From: Chara braunii
Lineage: Eukaryota > Plantae > Charophyceae
NCBI GenBank assembly: GCA_003427395.1
Contig: BFEA01000016.1
Span: forward strand, 4,898,128-4,955,958
Length of the DNA stretch: 57,831 bases
Reading direction: 5' to 3'
Positions within the stretch are counted from its first letter, which is position 1. Each line of letters opens with the position of its first letter. The notes beneath the pieces are model-generated. The model did no database searches, was not told where the DNA came from, and saw nothing but the letters and a program-made list of their open reading frames with translations. Shown here in pieces: positions 11,601 to 24,599 of the stretch. A program made the position numbers and the translations under genes.

Positions 11601-14600
11601 AATTGCACTGAAACTGTCATATTGTGTTGATTTTTTGCTTTTTTTCTTGTTTTTCTTTTGTGTGATATATATGTGCTTTAGGGTACGTCATGTCCGCAGT
11701 TTTGACATGTTTGGATCAATAATGAAAAAGTTGGCATTTTGTTGAATTCGTAGGACGCTTCATTTTGACTCGGACAATGTCTTTGTGTTAGGGTTTCATA
11801 GTGTTTTTTTGTTTTTTTTCTCGTTTTTTTTTTGCCTGTTTCCTTTTTTTATGTTTGCACTATGGTCTCATATCGTTTGTTTTTAAAATTTGTGATGAAA
11901 TTCGCACTGCAATTGCCAACGAAAACGGGGAATATTTGGGGTGTTAACTGTCTTTCATTGCTTTCTGATTGCCACGCCTGCACGAGAAGGAGAGTGATCT
12001 CATTTGGGATGATCACCTCTCGCTGTCGATCGTAATGTGTCAGTGTGCCTCCACGAAGAGCATAAAAAAGTTGGCCGCCACTAATCCCATCCAATCCTAA
12101 TTAAAGCGATGAGAGTGAAAAGGAGGTGTCTATATAGGATGGATCTCCAAAGACAGTAAAGGACCGGCCTTGGAGGATCACATAACAGGAAGATCGAAGG
12201 GGAGAGAGAAGGTAGAAAGGCGATTCATCAGCAAGGAGGATGAATGGGACGGATAATAGGAAGTATTGTTGAGGGAGGGTCCGAAGGATTAGAGCACAAC
12301 GACCCACTACTTCCTCGTCCGGTCGTGCTAATCGTTGTTGTCAATCTGTCACTAACTCGCATCCCCACTCGTACAACCTTTCCGTCATCTCAATCCGTTG
12401 AGGAGTCGCGATGTTGTAGATATCGCCGCAGAATTCGATGATCATTGTAATGTCACCTAGTCCATGTCGAGAGTATCGTAAGAAGGTTGAAGCTTCCACT
12501 AGACTCACCGTCTAGCCGCTACCTATCGAAATCGTTACTTCTACTTTCGCGTACCACGCTTGAGTGTTGAACAGTTGCACAAATCGCAGTAGATCGTGTT
12601 TGGGCCTAGGATGAGACACTTGACCAAACTGCAAAGATGGTAGAGGTTGAAGAAGTTGGGCAACGATGGTTGGCTCCAATGCAAAACTCATGGTGATGGC
12701 TGCGGTCAAAAGGAATCAGAGAGAGGGGAGGAGGAGACAGTTTTTTCGTCATTGTGGGAGGGAGGTAAAAAATGAGTCGGATCGACAGGAAAGGAAGAGG
12801 GCGAAGATAGGAGGTATGGCGAATGATGGGAAAAGAGTTATGACTTGCGTCTGTCTCAGGAGCGATGTACACAATGTCTATCCCGTTAGAGCCTACCTCC
12901 ACTTTGCATGTTTTTTTGTCACGTGCACACTTACGTAACTGTACCAGGTCCCCTAATTTATATTGAATCTGTGGACATGTGTTCCCAAGACCGAGGCCCA
13001 CCTACCACTCATTTGCGCAAGGTGCAGAAGAGGTTAGCACTCAAAACCTCCTTAGCGGTTGTCTAGCATCGAGAGATTAATCCCTCAAGGCGCGTGTCAG
13101 CCGACAATTGAGTGTCGAAAGCAACCCTCGAGCCCACTGAGGGTTGCATGATTATGGGTATTACATAGTACGTCATCACTGCGACTACTTGCGTATTCAT
13201 GCATGTCTAGTCAACATGATGAAGCCTGCATCCTTGTAATATTTATTGGAGTCTCGCATGTGATACTCAATTATTTATTGTGTTAGAAAGGTTATGGGTT
13301 GGATACAAAATGGACTACACGCGATTTGTGAGTGAGTTTTTGGTTTTATTTTGGCGTGGTGTAACGCGTGGTTAGATGGACCGTCCAAGTCAATTGGCGC
13401 CGAGTCGCGTTTGGGATATCAGCCCCCAGTGCATCGGCTTGCGTACGGGTCCGATAGAGGCCTTCCACAACTCGTACCCCCTATGCTACAACGCACGAGA
13501 AACGCTCTCGACTGGGCTACCTCTGCGATTGCAACTGAGTAGCTTTCGCACGTGGTTCGGAAGCTCAGCGAGGATACTCTGCCCAAGGGTGGTGACAACC
13601 CCTTGGGAAAAGCTAAGTTGTACCTCGCATGACCCTATCTTGTCGTAGGGGTTCACGAGAGATATGGTTGGTGCACTCGGCCGGAGCGGCGAAAGCTCCA
13701 TTGGGAAAAAGTCCTACAAATTCTGCGTCATGCGGCCGGGAGGGTCCCCCTGCGGGACCGATGGGCTCGACAATAGGGAACCCCATAGCCGCCACAACCG
13801 TGTTCAACCAGGGAACATGCAGGAGTTGCACTCACCAGCGGGTACGATACGCGCTTCAACTTGAATAGGTGGGTTATACCGGCCAGTGGACAGTCCGTAG
13901 CATCAGGAACGAGCTTCTTCGATGGGTCAGTCTTAAAGAATTGGTACGTCGCCCAACTATACAGTCCGAGCCTCAACCGATCGGTACTACAATCCTTGTC
14001 GACGCTACCTTCTTAACCCGAAAAAAACGTACGCACGTTCTATTCAAAATGCCTATGGAAATGGGGTTTTCAGAAACCGCTTGTTTTTCCTCAAATAGAA
14101 CATACGTTCGAATATAACGTACGTACGTTGTATTCGAATACAACGTAAGTATGTTGTATTCGAATTTTTGGAACTTTGATTTTTCAAAAATAATTAAAAA
14201 AAAAACAAAAATAATAAAATGTTACAACAATGCAATACAAACAATGTTTGCCCGAGAGTTGCCAAAAAAATTATTTTTGAAAATTATTGTGCATCTTTTT
14301 TTTTTCCATAAACATTCTCGTTTTGTTTTCTTAATTTTCTCAATTTCTTATTATTTTACTTGTGAACACAGCCTTCGTTGTGCAATGCCTAGTAGCACTA
14401 CCTTCTTAACCCAAAAAAAACGTACCTTGTATACGAATACAACGTACATACGTTATAGAACGAGTTTTAGGGTATAACTTTTCATAAGTCTGTACTTCTG
14501 TTATTGTTTTTATTTTTATTTCAAATTTAGTTGGGAATTTCACCAAGAACCTTAAGCAAAAGTTGTTTGCATTGCAATGTCGTACAACATACTTTTTTTT

Positions 14601-14681
14601 CGGATATTTTTCGATATATATTTGTTTTTAATCAAAATTTTAAAAAAAAAAATAAAAAACATTTTCATCCTTGTTTTCTCG

Positions 14682-14753
<72 letters not shown>

Positions 14754-14774
14754 CTCATTTGCACTATTGGTCAT

Positions 14775-15040
14775 GGCGAACACCTTGCCATCATGAAAAC
14801 ACCTGTTATTACCATAGTAGCTGCATGAATCATAGTTGATACTGGGGTAGGGCCCTCCATAGCATCCGGTAACCAAGTATGGAGTCTTATTTGTGCGGAT
14901 TTTCCTACAACTGCAATAAAGAGTAAAACACAAATATCAGTTAGTGCATGTATTTTCATATTAAAAAAAATGAAAGAAGATTCTCACACAAAGGCACTAG
15001 CATAAGCAAAAATGGTTAAAAAGTCTACTGTTTGAAGTAA
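14775..15040 (-). pseudogene. nad5: NUMT: mitochondrial nad5 fragment
   Basis: FQTVDFLTIFAYASAF*...[42 protein letters not shown]...ARCSP, with an internal stop. Confidence 0.92.
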
Positions 15041-15179
15041 ACCCAACCATCCCACATTACGCACTAATGGTGGATAATGCACTGTGCTCAGCAGACGCTT
15101 CGCATCTGATCTGATGCCAGATAAGAGAATCGTATATATATGGAAAAAGGCTAGAGGTGTGTCTTGGCTAGGCTAAGCA

Positions 15180-15360
15180 TTTCATGTTTTCAGAAGAAGA
15201 AAAAAAAATATGTTTTTCGAATCCAGAAACCAGTACTACTAAAGTGGCTATACATACCAACTTTTTCACATATCTTTATGCTTTGATAGGAACTGGGAGT
15301 TTAGAAACTGGTTGGTATACTACCATAATGAAGTTACCTTTCATTTTTTGTATTTGGATT
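15180..15360 (+). pseudogene. ccmFC: NUMT: mitochondrial ccmFC C-terminal fragment
   Basis: TSTTKVAIHTNFFTYLYALIGTGSLETGWYTTIMKLPFIFCIWI matches the plant ccmFC C-terminus. Confidence 0.85.
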
Positions 15361-15470
15361 GTCGGGTCGCTACGTTGGTATGGGAGAACCGCTGAAAGCA
15401 TATAAGCGTGAAACCCCTCTTGAAAAAAATTATCATACAAAGTGAAAGACCATCACTTGAATAGGCGAGA
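15361..15470 (+). pseudogene. NUMT: organellar LSU rRNA 3'-end fragment
   Basis: GGGTCGCTAC...GGGAGAACCGCTGAAAGCATATAAGCGTGAAACCC resembles the conserved 3' region of bacterial-type LSU rRNA. Confidence 0.7.
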
Positions 15471-16149
15471 ATGAATTGTCCACTTTGGCGTAGTCAAGTG
15501 GGGCGTAGTCAAGACGGACACGACTTATTTCATGCGTGGAGCATGCATGAAAGACACCTGGATGACGAACTCATTCCGGGGGCCATAGCCTGTCGTGAAA
15601 GGAGATCACTGGATTGAGCCAGTTCTTGGAAGATCTCTGACCGTGTCTCCGAGATGCAGTTGAACGGGGAGTTGGAGGAGAAAAAAAACAAATCATTTCG
15701 AATTTTATGAAACTTGAAGTCCAAAGATCCAATATTAAATTCCCCCTAGGTGGGAGTTGTCTCTATGTCGTAGAATGAAATTTGCGTTGTGCAGATGCAT
15801 AGGCGAACTTGGGATCCTTAGGTGTCCCCACATCTTGGATATGGTGCCTGCAGACAGTCGGTACGCTTTCTCTTGTGCGAATCCTCTACGTCCGAGTTTG
15901 TTACCGTTGACAAAAGTGGATTAGTTATCACTTGCCCTTATGTTTGGTTCGTCGGGATCTATGAACTTAACGCCATCTGCGTGCTTACCCGCCAGCAAAC
16001 ACCATGGTGTGCGTTAATTAAAATAGAAGAGAAATGGGGGCACAATTTATTTAAATAAACAGGCCTATGGAGGACCACAACGATAAATCGTTGTCGTTTG
16101 CTCGCTCTGGCCAAACCTTTCTCTCAGGCATAATTTAATTGATTTCGAA

Positions 16150-16345
16150 AGGGTACGAAGTTGGTAGATGTCGAAGCAGTTCAACTACAGGTAAAAAATA
16201 AATATATGTAACCACGGGATGTAAGCAACTAAGGTTGCAACACGAAGGCCCTATAGTAGTTGGGGAGGGAAACCAACCCTTACAGGCAGCGAAGAGGGTC
16301 AATCAGATTCCGCAAACGAACAAGAGTCTTTCTCCGGATAAGATC
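16150..16345 (+). pseudogene. Probable organellar group II intron fragment (domain III-like)
   Basis: GGCCCT-ATAGTAGT...GGGAAACC...GCGAAG-AGGGTC at ~16246-16300, adjacent to other mitochondrial pieces. Confidence 0.4.
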
Positions 16346-16351
16346 CACAAC

Positions 16352-16426
<75 letters not shown>

Positions 16427-16456
16427 CATTCTCATTTGCACTATTGGCCATGGCGG

Positions 16457-16495
<39 letters not shown>

Positions 16496-17033
16496 CTCCG
16501 GCGATAACGAGGGAAGATTCATTCCCATAGGGCGCCCTCTCTCTCTCTCTCTCTCCCCCCCTTCCTCCCTCCCGCGTGGACGAGCACAGCGGTTTATTCT
16601 CTGTGTTTTCCTATTTATTCCCTTTGATTTTTTTTTTTTTTTGCATTTTATGTTTGTTTTTGTTTTTAGTTTGGAAAATTTTGTCTGGCGTCCCTGTATT
16701 TTCCATTATTTTGTGTTACGCCCCTCTGACGACCGATTTGCCCTGTCGCACCTCTTTGACGTCACCGGTCAAATTTTCCATAAAACCTTGGTGTCGTTTG
16801 GGCCTCGTATATTTTCGATGTCCCCCTATCGGTACACACACCAAATTTGCAGCATGCACCTACCGAATAGCTGTTGGAAACATTTATGATATGCCCCTAC
16901 AGTTACCATTAATCTTTTGAACAGGGAAGTCTCCAACAACGCGGTTGACCTCATGCTACTTCCATCCATAGGATGAGCAAAATCGAATGACTCTGCCGCT
17001 AGAACATGAAAATATACACTGCCACACTTGTTT

Positions 17034-17085
<52 letters not shown>

Positions 17086-18019
17086 NNNNNNNNNNNNNNN
17101 NNNNNNNNNNNNNNNNNNNNNNNNNNNNNNNNNNNNNNNNNNNNNNNNNNNNNNNNNNNNNNNNNNNNNNNNNNNNNNNNNNNNNNNNNNNNNNNNNNNN
17201 NNNNNNNNNNNNNNNNNNNNNNNNNNNNNNNNNNNNNNNNNNNNNNNNNNNNNNNNNNNNNNNNNNNNNNNNNNNNNNNNNNNNNNNNNNNNNNNNNNNN
17301 NNNNNNNNNNNNNNNNNNNNNNNNNNNNNNNNNNNNNNNNNNNNNNNNNNNNNNNNNNNNNNNNNNNNNNNNNNNNNNNNNNNNNNNNNNNNNNNNNNNN
17401 NNNNNNNNNNNNNNNNNNNNNNNNNNNNNNNNNNNNNNNNNNNNNNNNNNNNNNNNNNNNNNNNNNNNNNNNNNNNNNNNNNNNNNNNNNNNNNNNNNNN
17501 NNNNNNNNNNNNNNNNNNNNNNNNNNNNNNNNNNNNNNNNNNNNNNNNNNNNNNNNNNNNNNNNNNNNNNNNNNNNNNNNNNNNNNNNNNNNNNNNNNNN
17601 NNNNNNNNNNNNNNNNNNNNNNNNNNNNNNNNNNNNNNNNNNNNNNNNNNNNNNNNNNNNNNNNNNNNNNNNNNNNNNNNNNNNNNNNNNNNNNNNNNNN
17701 NNNNNNNNNNNNNNNNNNNNNNNNNNNNNNNNNNNNNNNNNNNNNNNNNNNNNNNNNNNNNNNNNNNNNNNNNNNNNNNNNNNNNNNNNNNNNNNNNNNN
17801 NNNNNNNNNNNNNNNNNNNNNNNNNNNNNNNNNNNNNNNNNNNNNNNNNNNNNNNNNNNNNNNNNNNNNNNNNNNNNNNNNNNNNNNNNNNNNNNNNNNN
17901 NNNNNNNNNNNNNNNNNNNNNNNNNNNNNNNNNNNNNNNNNNNNNNNNNNNNNNNNNNNNNNNNNNNNNNNNNNNNNNNNNNNNNNNNNNNNNNNNNNNN
18001 NNNNNNNNNNNNNNNNNNN
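17086..18019. other. Assembly gap flanked by microsatellites (other gaps at 9246-9270 and 23619-23698)
   Basis: Run of N between (TG)n and (CT)n(CA)n. Confidence 0.99.
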
Positions 18020-18087
<68 letters not shown>

Positions 18088-18202
18088 ACACACACACACA
18101 CATATACATTCGGTTGAGAAATATGTATGTATACACATAGTTGTATTCACTAATGAGTTATATATAATATATATATTTGTATATTATGTATATATATATC
18201 GT

Positions 18203-18240
<38 letters not shown>

Positions 18241-19172
18241 TGAAGAATTAGCATGTCTCGTATTTTTTTTATCAGGACGGAATATGAAGGCTATGCATGC
18301 TCCTATTACAAAGCTAAAGAAGAATGTTTTTTCTTCATTTTTCTTGAAAATTATGTAGGGCGTTCAAATGCCCGGGCCGGTTGGGCTCGTCACTAAAATT
18401 GGAGGCCGCCATATGGGATATTCCCATATGATCGGGCTTGCAACATGATCTGTTTGTTGTAGGCTTACATTGATTCACCTGTTCGACTGTGGGAAGTTGC
18501 TCTGTATTTAAAAAGCAAAGAGCTGGTTTCCACCCTTATGGTTATGGGACGCAATACGATGAAAAAAATGCAATTCAAGTTTTCCCTCGCCAACGGGCCC
18601 GTCACTGAAAAAGGAGGCCTCCATATAGGGGCCACCTCTGTATGGCTTGCACCCCACTTGATGGGGTACCCTACGATGTATATAATACGTAGGCCGAAAT
18701 AGTTCCCGCCTACATTTTCAGAAGGCACGCGACTATGGTATATAACGACACGTAGCTACAATGTTCAATCCCTCCTCAACTGGTGCACTCGGACGATTGC
18801 TTAAAGCACCGCTGGAAGCATTGTTCTCCTATGCTGGATACGTCACTGCCATGGTGGAGGATCCTGATGCTACTGCTCTCATTGAAGGATAGTCCTCCGA
18901 GCTTCGTCTATCTTTCTCGCATTCTTTCCTTCCTCATTTCTTCCCCCTTCCCCCTATCTCTCTCCTGATCCCCACTTATCTCCTCCAAGCTCGATTATGA
19001 GGTAGAGTAATCATGAGTGGCGCACCTTCGTCTTCGTCGTCACGAGCAACGGTAATGCTTTTCTTGCTCCACGGCCCCACCCCCCACCCCCCATCCCCTC
19101 CCTACTATCCTTTCTTCTAAACAGTTCGAAAGCGAGACCAGATCCTTTCGGAATGTATACTTGAGGTTTATT

Positions 19173-19227
19173 TAACCCTTGATGAGCCAATCAAAAGTGG
19201 GGATTGGCGAAAAGGCCTTTGGGATTA
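19173..19227 (+). ncRNA. Candidate minimal type I hammerhead (Penelope-like-element style)
   Basis: UAACCC-UUGAUGA-GCCAAUC/GAUUGGC (7 bp stem II)-GAA-AAGGCCUU (palindromic stem III)-U-GGGAUUA. Confidence 0.55.
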
Positions 19228-21909
19228 CCCACTAAAACCTTTTCGTAACGTCGATATGTATAGGGCCGCATGACCGGATTGGGATTCTCTTCTTCTGTAT
19301 CCTACTCCCATACCCCTCTTTTGTTGTATAGATGCATGATACTACTTAACCGCCTCCTTGCCGTGAAAACTTTCGTTGTTGTTATCGATGTGATGGCGTT
19401 GTGTGTACTAGGAACTTGTGGCTGATTCTTCATTCCCGTGAAAGCGAATATGGAAGCGGCGGTTTTTGTTTTAGGGATCGTCGTCGTCTGCTCTATTCTA
19501 TTTGGCTACTTGACTTTCGTCGCGTATCTGGAAAGCGAGTGTATCAAGGCATTTTGCCTCCAACTGTCCTTACATTCGAATCAGTCGGGTGTGACTTCGG
19601 GTAGGGGCAAGTGTGTGATTGAAAGGTGATGGGGAATTTTGGGATGGTGCATGGTGAACTGCATGTTCGCGCTGTTCTCATCGGCGACCGTTATGATGGG
19701 GTTTGGCGGTAATGTACTGAACTCTAGGGAGGGGGTGTGCGTAAGGGGGAGTGGTGGGTATGGATATGCTGGTGGTAGCTAGTTCCTCCTTGATATTATC
19801 ATGATGCATTGGTCCTTCCTGTCGGCGCTAATCGTTATTTTTTTTGGTAGATCCGACTGTTATAAGTGTCCCTGCTGTTGCCACTGCTTCTTCTTCTTTT
19901 ATGCGGGAGCAATGTAGATGGTCACTTTTGGGTTGGTCCACGTTGTCGCTGTTCTTTGTGATGAGGTGGATGTGATGAAGATGGAGGAGTGTCGGGCTGG
20001 AGGAGCTTCGGGGGGGCGACGCTTGTTTGCTGAAGATGGTGTTATTGAGAATATTTTTTCCAAACAATATGATCGCCTGACTGTTGTCGTTATCATTAGA
20101 CGGCTCCCTAGCCTAATGGTGGTCCCTGAAGTAATCTTCGAAGATTGATTGCAGTGCCGCAGATGAATGGGATAATGGCGTTCCGTACAATCGCTTCTCG
20201 GAGTCCCCGTTCTTTTGACGACATCAATATATATATTTATTTTTCCTATGCCTCCTCCCCCTCCTTTTTTCTCGCCTGCCCCCCTTCGCTTCCTCCGCCC
20301 TCCTCCTCCCCCCCTTTTGGCTTGGTGAGGTAATGTAGTATTGTGTGACAGAGAACTTAATTTCCCCCCCTTTCTTTTCGTGAGATGCTTGCTGGCCTGA
20401 ATCGGTGTCGCTATGATTCTTTTAATTAATCTTTCGGATAGCTGAGGAGAACTAGGGGTTGATCATACATATGTAGTCGGGAGATGGCCTGGAGGTTATC
20501 TTTGCACACACACTCAATCTTTTTGAAAGTACTTAGGTACGAATTCTTGTGATGATTTTTTTTTGGATCCGTGGCCTCGACATCATTGTTTTTGCAGACC
20601 TTCCGAGGCATTTCGCTAAGGTCAGGTTTTTTTTAAGGCCCCGGTCTGACAATGTGCATTATGGGGACTCTGCAAATTAAATATTTGTTTGTGATTGCGA
20701 AATAAGCAAGGAATCACTGATCACTAGGTGGTGGACATCTTCTCTTGATCTTATTGCATCCCTCCTCCCTTCCTCCCTCCCTCTTCCTCCTCTCCCTCTC
20801 TCCCTCTCTTTTCCCTCGCCATCGAAATCCTGGTCCTGAAGCCCCTTTGTATGTTTTCTATGAATGCCAGATCTGGTTAGATGTTTGGGATGGTGTGCGA
20901 CGACTGTATATCACTGGGCCCAGGGAGCTTAAACGATTTTTTTTAGAAAAAGTCGAATGAGGTTTTCTCTGTAAAGCTCACTTGAATTTCCTAAAAGTAC
21001 GTTGTTGCCTCTTGGGCTAGTTCTCAGAGCCGAGCTTCAACCCGCCGCGTCGAACGACGTGGGGGTTTAGTAACAAATATTACACACGTACACACACACG
21101 CACACACGCACACACGCACAAACACACGCACACACACACACAAACAAGTGTGGCAGTGTGTATATTTCCATGTTCTAGCGATAAATTCATTCGATTTTGC
21201 TCATCCTATCGACATAGACATACAAACAAACTCGCAGGGAAGAGAAGGACATGAACACAAAGCAAAGGAACAACTACGAGCGAAAATGAAGAGGGCGAGA
21301 CGGGAAAACTCCAAGCAATGGGACAAGAGGTTGGCCTTTACAAGCTTCTCACGTCGATGGCGCGTCAACAACAAGTGGGATTTCAAATTTAAAGTGCCTC
21401 ACTGGTGCAGGGGCAGCATAGGAAGATGGCTGCCCCTTATGAGGGCATATGGCGCAGAGCCCAATGGAATGGGACCGCCAGTTGAGGGAGCGTGTCCTGG
21501 AAAGTAGCGCCCGCTGCCGATGGGGGCCTGCCGAAAAGTTTTTTAGGCCCAGGGGTGCGATAGGGTCAATCGGCCGTCGGAGGGGCGCGACGCAAAAATA
21601 ATGGAAAATATAGGGGTGCCAAACATATTTTCCCTTTTATTTTGTGTCGATTCCGAAAGTTGAATTTTCCCGGGCTTTTGCAGCGACCCGGCATGCACTG
21701 CCCCGATCCCTGCACAACATGGCGCGTTGATGGCCGCGTCACAAATTTTTAGCTGGGCGAGGTACTGGTTGTTTAAAAAGCTCTGCCTCCCCTCGAGTCC
21801 CCTACCCCTATGAACATCAGCAGTCTGTGCTCAATGCCGCTCGGGGAGAGCGACGACCTATCTCTAGGAGGCGGGCGCCAAGCTTGCCCAGGAAGGTACA
21901 TGAGGCCTA

Positions 21910-22150
21910 TGGGGATTAAACCCAAGATCTCCTGAATGCCACATGAGTGCCTTACCAACTGACTAGGCCACTGGATTTCATCAGCACTGAACCGACCGAC
22001 CCCAGGTAACTCAGAGTTATTTTACTTCGGTCATCTGATAGTCCGCACATAATTCACAATTATTTTATTTTGGTCATCTGAATGTATCGGGATTCGAACT
22101 TGGATCTGTCTGTATATTCAACAGCTCGTGGGTGTACCAACTTGAGCAAG
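21910..22150 (-). mobile_element. Two tRNA-derived SINE-like heads (similar ones at ~553-608 and ~48473-48640)
   Basis: A-box-like TAGTCAGTTGG and GCTCAAGTTGG with B-box-like GGGTTTAATCCC and AAGTTCGAATCCC at tRNA spacing. No complete cloverleaf. Confidence 0.45.
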
Positions 22151-24599
22151 GCCCGTTGGTGTTTCCGATATTTTCTCCTGTGGGGTCCAGGGCCGAAGAC
22201 ATGCCCGAAGTGGAAACAAATTAGGGGGGTGTATACCTACCTGTTCTAGCGGAAGCGTCATTCTCATTTTGCACAGTCGGGGAGTGGTGGAGTGAGGCCC
22301 ACAGCCTCGTTTTCGCTGGGAGAGCGTAGGGAGCCGTTGCCCTTCGGTTGCAGAAGAGGCGACTTTCCAAATCTGAAAAATGCCGAGTGTATCTTCTCTC
22401 AGACGTAGGCGCAATACACATCGGCCTTACTTTTTTCAAATCTGGCCAGCGGAAAGCTAGTGGTAGGTACATAGCCGTCTTGTTTCCGTCGCTCGAAGCA
22501 GAGGTAGCAAGGGTTTAGAACACGTTCATCACAGGCCCCATGCGGCCGAAGGGTACGCGCATGTAACTTTCTGTAACCAGGGGCTAGGTCCCACTTGCAC
22601 GGATTAAGAGATTCTGGCCGTTGATCTTTGCTATCTACGGTCAATATCGCTTAATTCGTGTAAGTGGGACCTAGCCCCAGAACAGACAGATCAGGCGCCA
22701 TGTCCCAGTACCGCTGGGGGTGGAGTTCACGTTTCGTTTAGTTTTCCAACGTGGTCACACTAGGGCCGTGAGATTGTCAGATCGGATGGATGGCAAGGAG
22801 CCATGTATGCATTACTGAAAACCAGAAGAAAACCTCGAGTAAGTGGGACATGGCCCCAGGGGCGAGGTCCCACTAGCAAAAAGGATAGGATCGAGCACCT
22901 GAATCTGGATGTGTTTTAAGCACAGATGAAGAAAAGCAGTTCAATCTCGATTTCCTGCAAAACGCGTCCAGATGCAGGCATTCGATCCGATCCTCTTTGC
23001 TAGTGGGACCACGCCCCAGGAGTTCGAATTGTGGCCGAATCAGATGGGTCCACGAATCTCAGGGGCGATTTTCTTGAACAAAAAAGGGAATAAGTTTTTT
23101 TTTTTTTTTTTTTTTTTGAAAAGGGAACGAGTTCGCATGGCGGGGAGGCGGAAGGACCCTACCTACCGGTTCGTTTCAATATGCAATATGCTCCCGCCGG
23201 TGCTTGGAAGCCACAGGTACAGCCACTGTGCTACTCCATTTGGACATATATATATATATATATGATATATATATATATTATATATATTATATATATTATA
23301 TATATATATTATATATATATATATATTTCGGGCGACGGTCTTGAGAAGATATAAATATTTGAATACCTTCGTAAGGTCCTCCCGCCGCTGCTTACCGACT
23401 GTGCAAAATGCAAAATGAGAATGAATCTTCCGTCGCAACATGGGAAGATACCGCCATTTTTTTGTTTTTGTTTTTGTCGTTTGTGCTTGTGGGAATAGTG
23501 GAGGGAGGCCGCAATGCGCGTACCCCGGCGACATCGACGCCATCTTACTCACAAGAAAGAGTCGAGACATTGTCACGTGAACGGCAGAAATACCTTCCCC
23601 CCTTTCCCCCTCCCCCCCNNNNNNNNNNNNNNNNNNNNNNNNNNNNNNNNNNNNNNNNNNNNNNNNNNNNNNNNNNNNNNNNNNNNNNNNNNNNNNNNGT
23701 CCCAGACAGTGCTCCACTCGATGCAAGAGGGCATGCGCGCGCACACACGCCCACGCATACGTGATATCATATGTTATACATACATCCTTAGACCCACCCA
23801 TTTGCAAACATCACCGCCGTGATTTCCGGGTTTGTCTTTGCGCGTGTTTCACGCACTCACACATACACACACACACACACAACACACTATTGGTGCGGTA
23901 AGTTTTGGTGCTCACATTGAATCAATGTCAGTGTTGTATGACCATCTTTGTCAGAGCCTGTGTGCACATACATGTACGCGCATTGTATCTGTCGATGTGT
24001 ATGTAGTCATTCCGTCTTGACAAGTTCGTCTTCATGTGCGCATCGGAACAGTCCTGTTCTATTATTCGTTACGCTTTGAATTCGCTGATAGAGTGATTGG
24101 TTCATTGATTGGTTCGTTGATTGGTTCGTTGATTGGTTTAGAGATCGGTTTAGTGATTGGCTCATTGATTAGTTCATTGATTGGTTTGTTGATCGAGCAG
24201 TAAATGACCTTAAACAGCCATAGATCCGGCTGTGCTAACTCCTTTTGAGTCCCCAGGGAACAGAGGAAAGGGAAAAGAACCCCTCTCTGGATAGGAGTCT
24301 GATGTGCTAATCGACATTCACAGGGAAAGGAAAGTACAACAGAGTAGGAGAGAAAGGACGCCGGAGATGGCTGGGTACCTGGTCTCGAACCGCGTGCTGG
24401 TTCATTGTCCGACGTGCCACATGGCACCACGTAGGCACTGCGAAAGGAGGGCAAGGGAAGGGGGTGATCGTGCCACGTGGCATGCAGGGACGAAGTTCGG
24501 TGTAAGGGAGCGGATAAGGAGGCGAGAGGGAGCCCCGCGGAAAGTACTGGGTTCGTCTTGCCACGTGGATTGCATCGCGGGATCAAGCAGGAGGAGCAG

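Noticed and set aside
9344-14005. Full-length LTR retrotransposon
   Set aside because: No paired LTRs, PBS, PPT or pol motifs could be identified by eye.
16956-18358. 370-450 aa ORFs
   Set aside because: Artefacts of reading through N runs and microsatellites.
23150-23240. tRNA-Gly gene on the minus strand
   Set aside because: Only an A-box and anticodon-like arm; no T-arm or acceptor stem.
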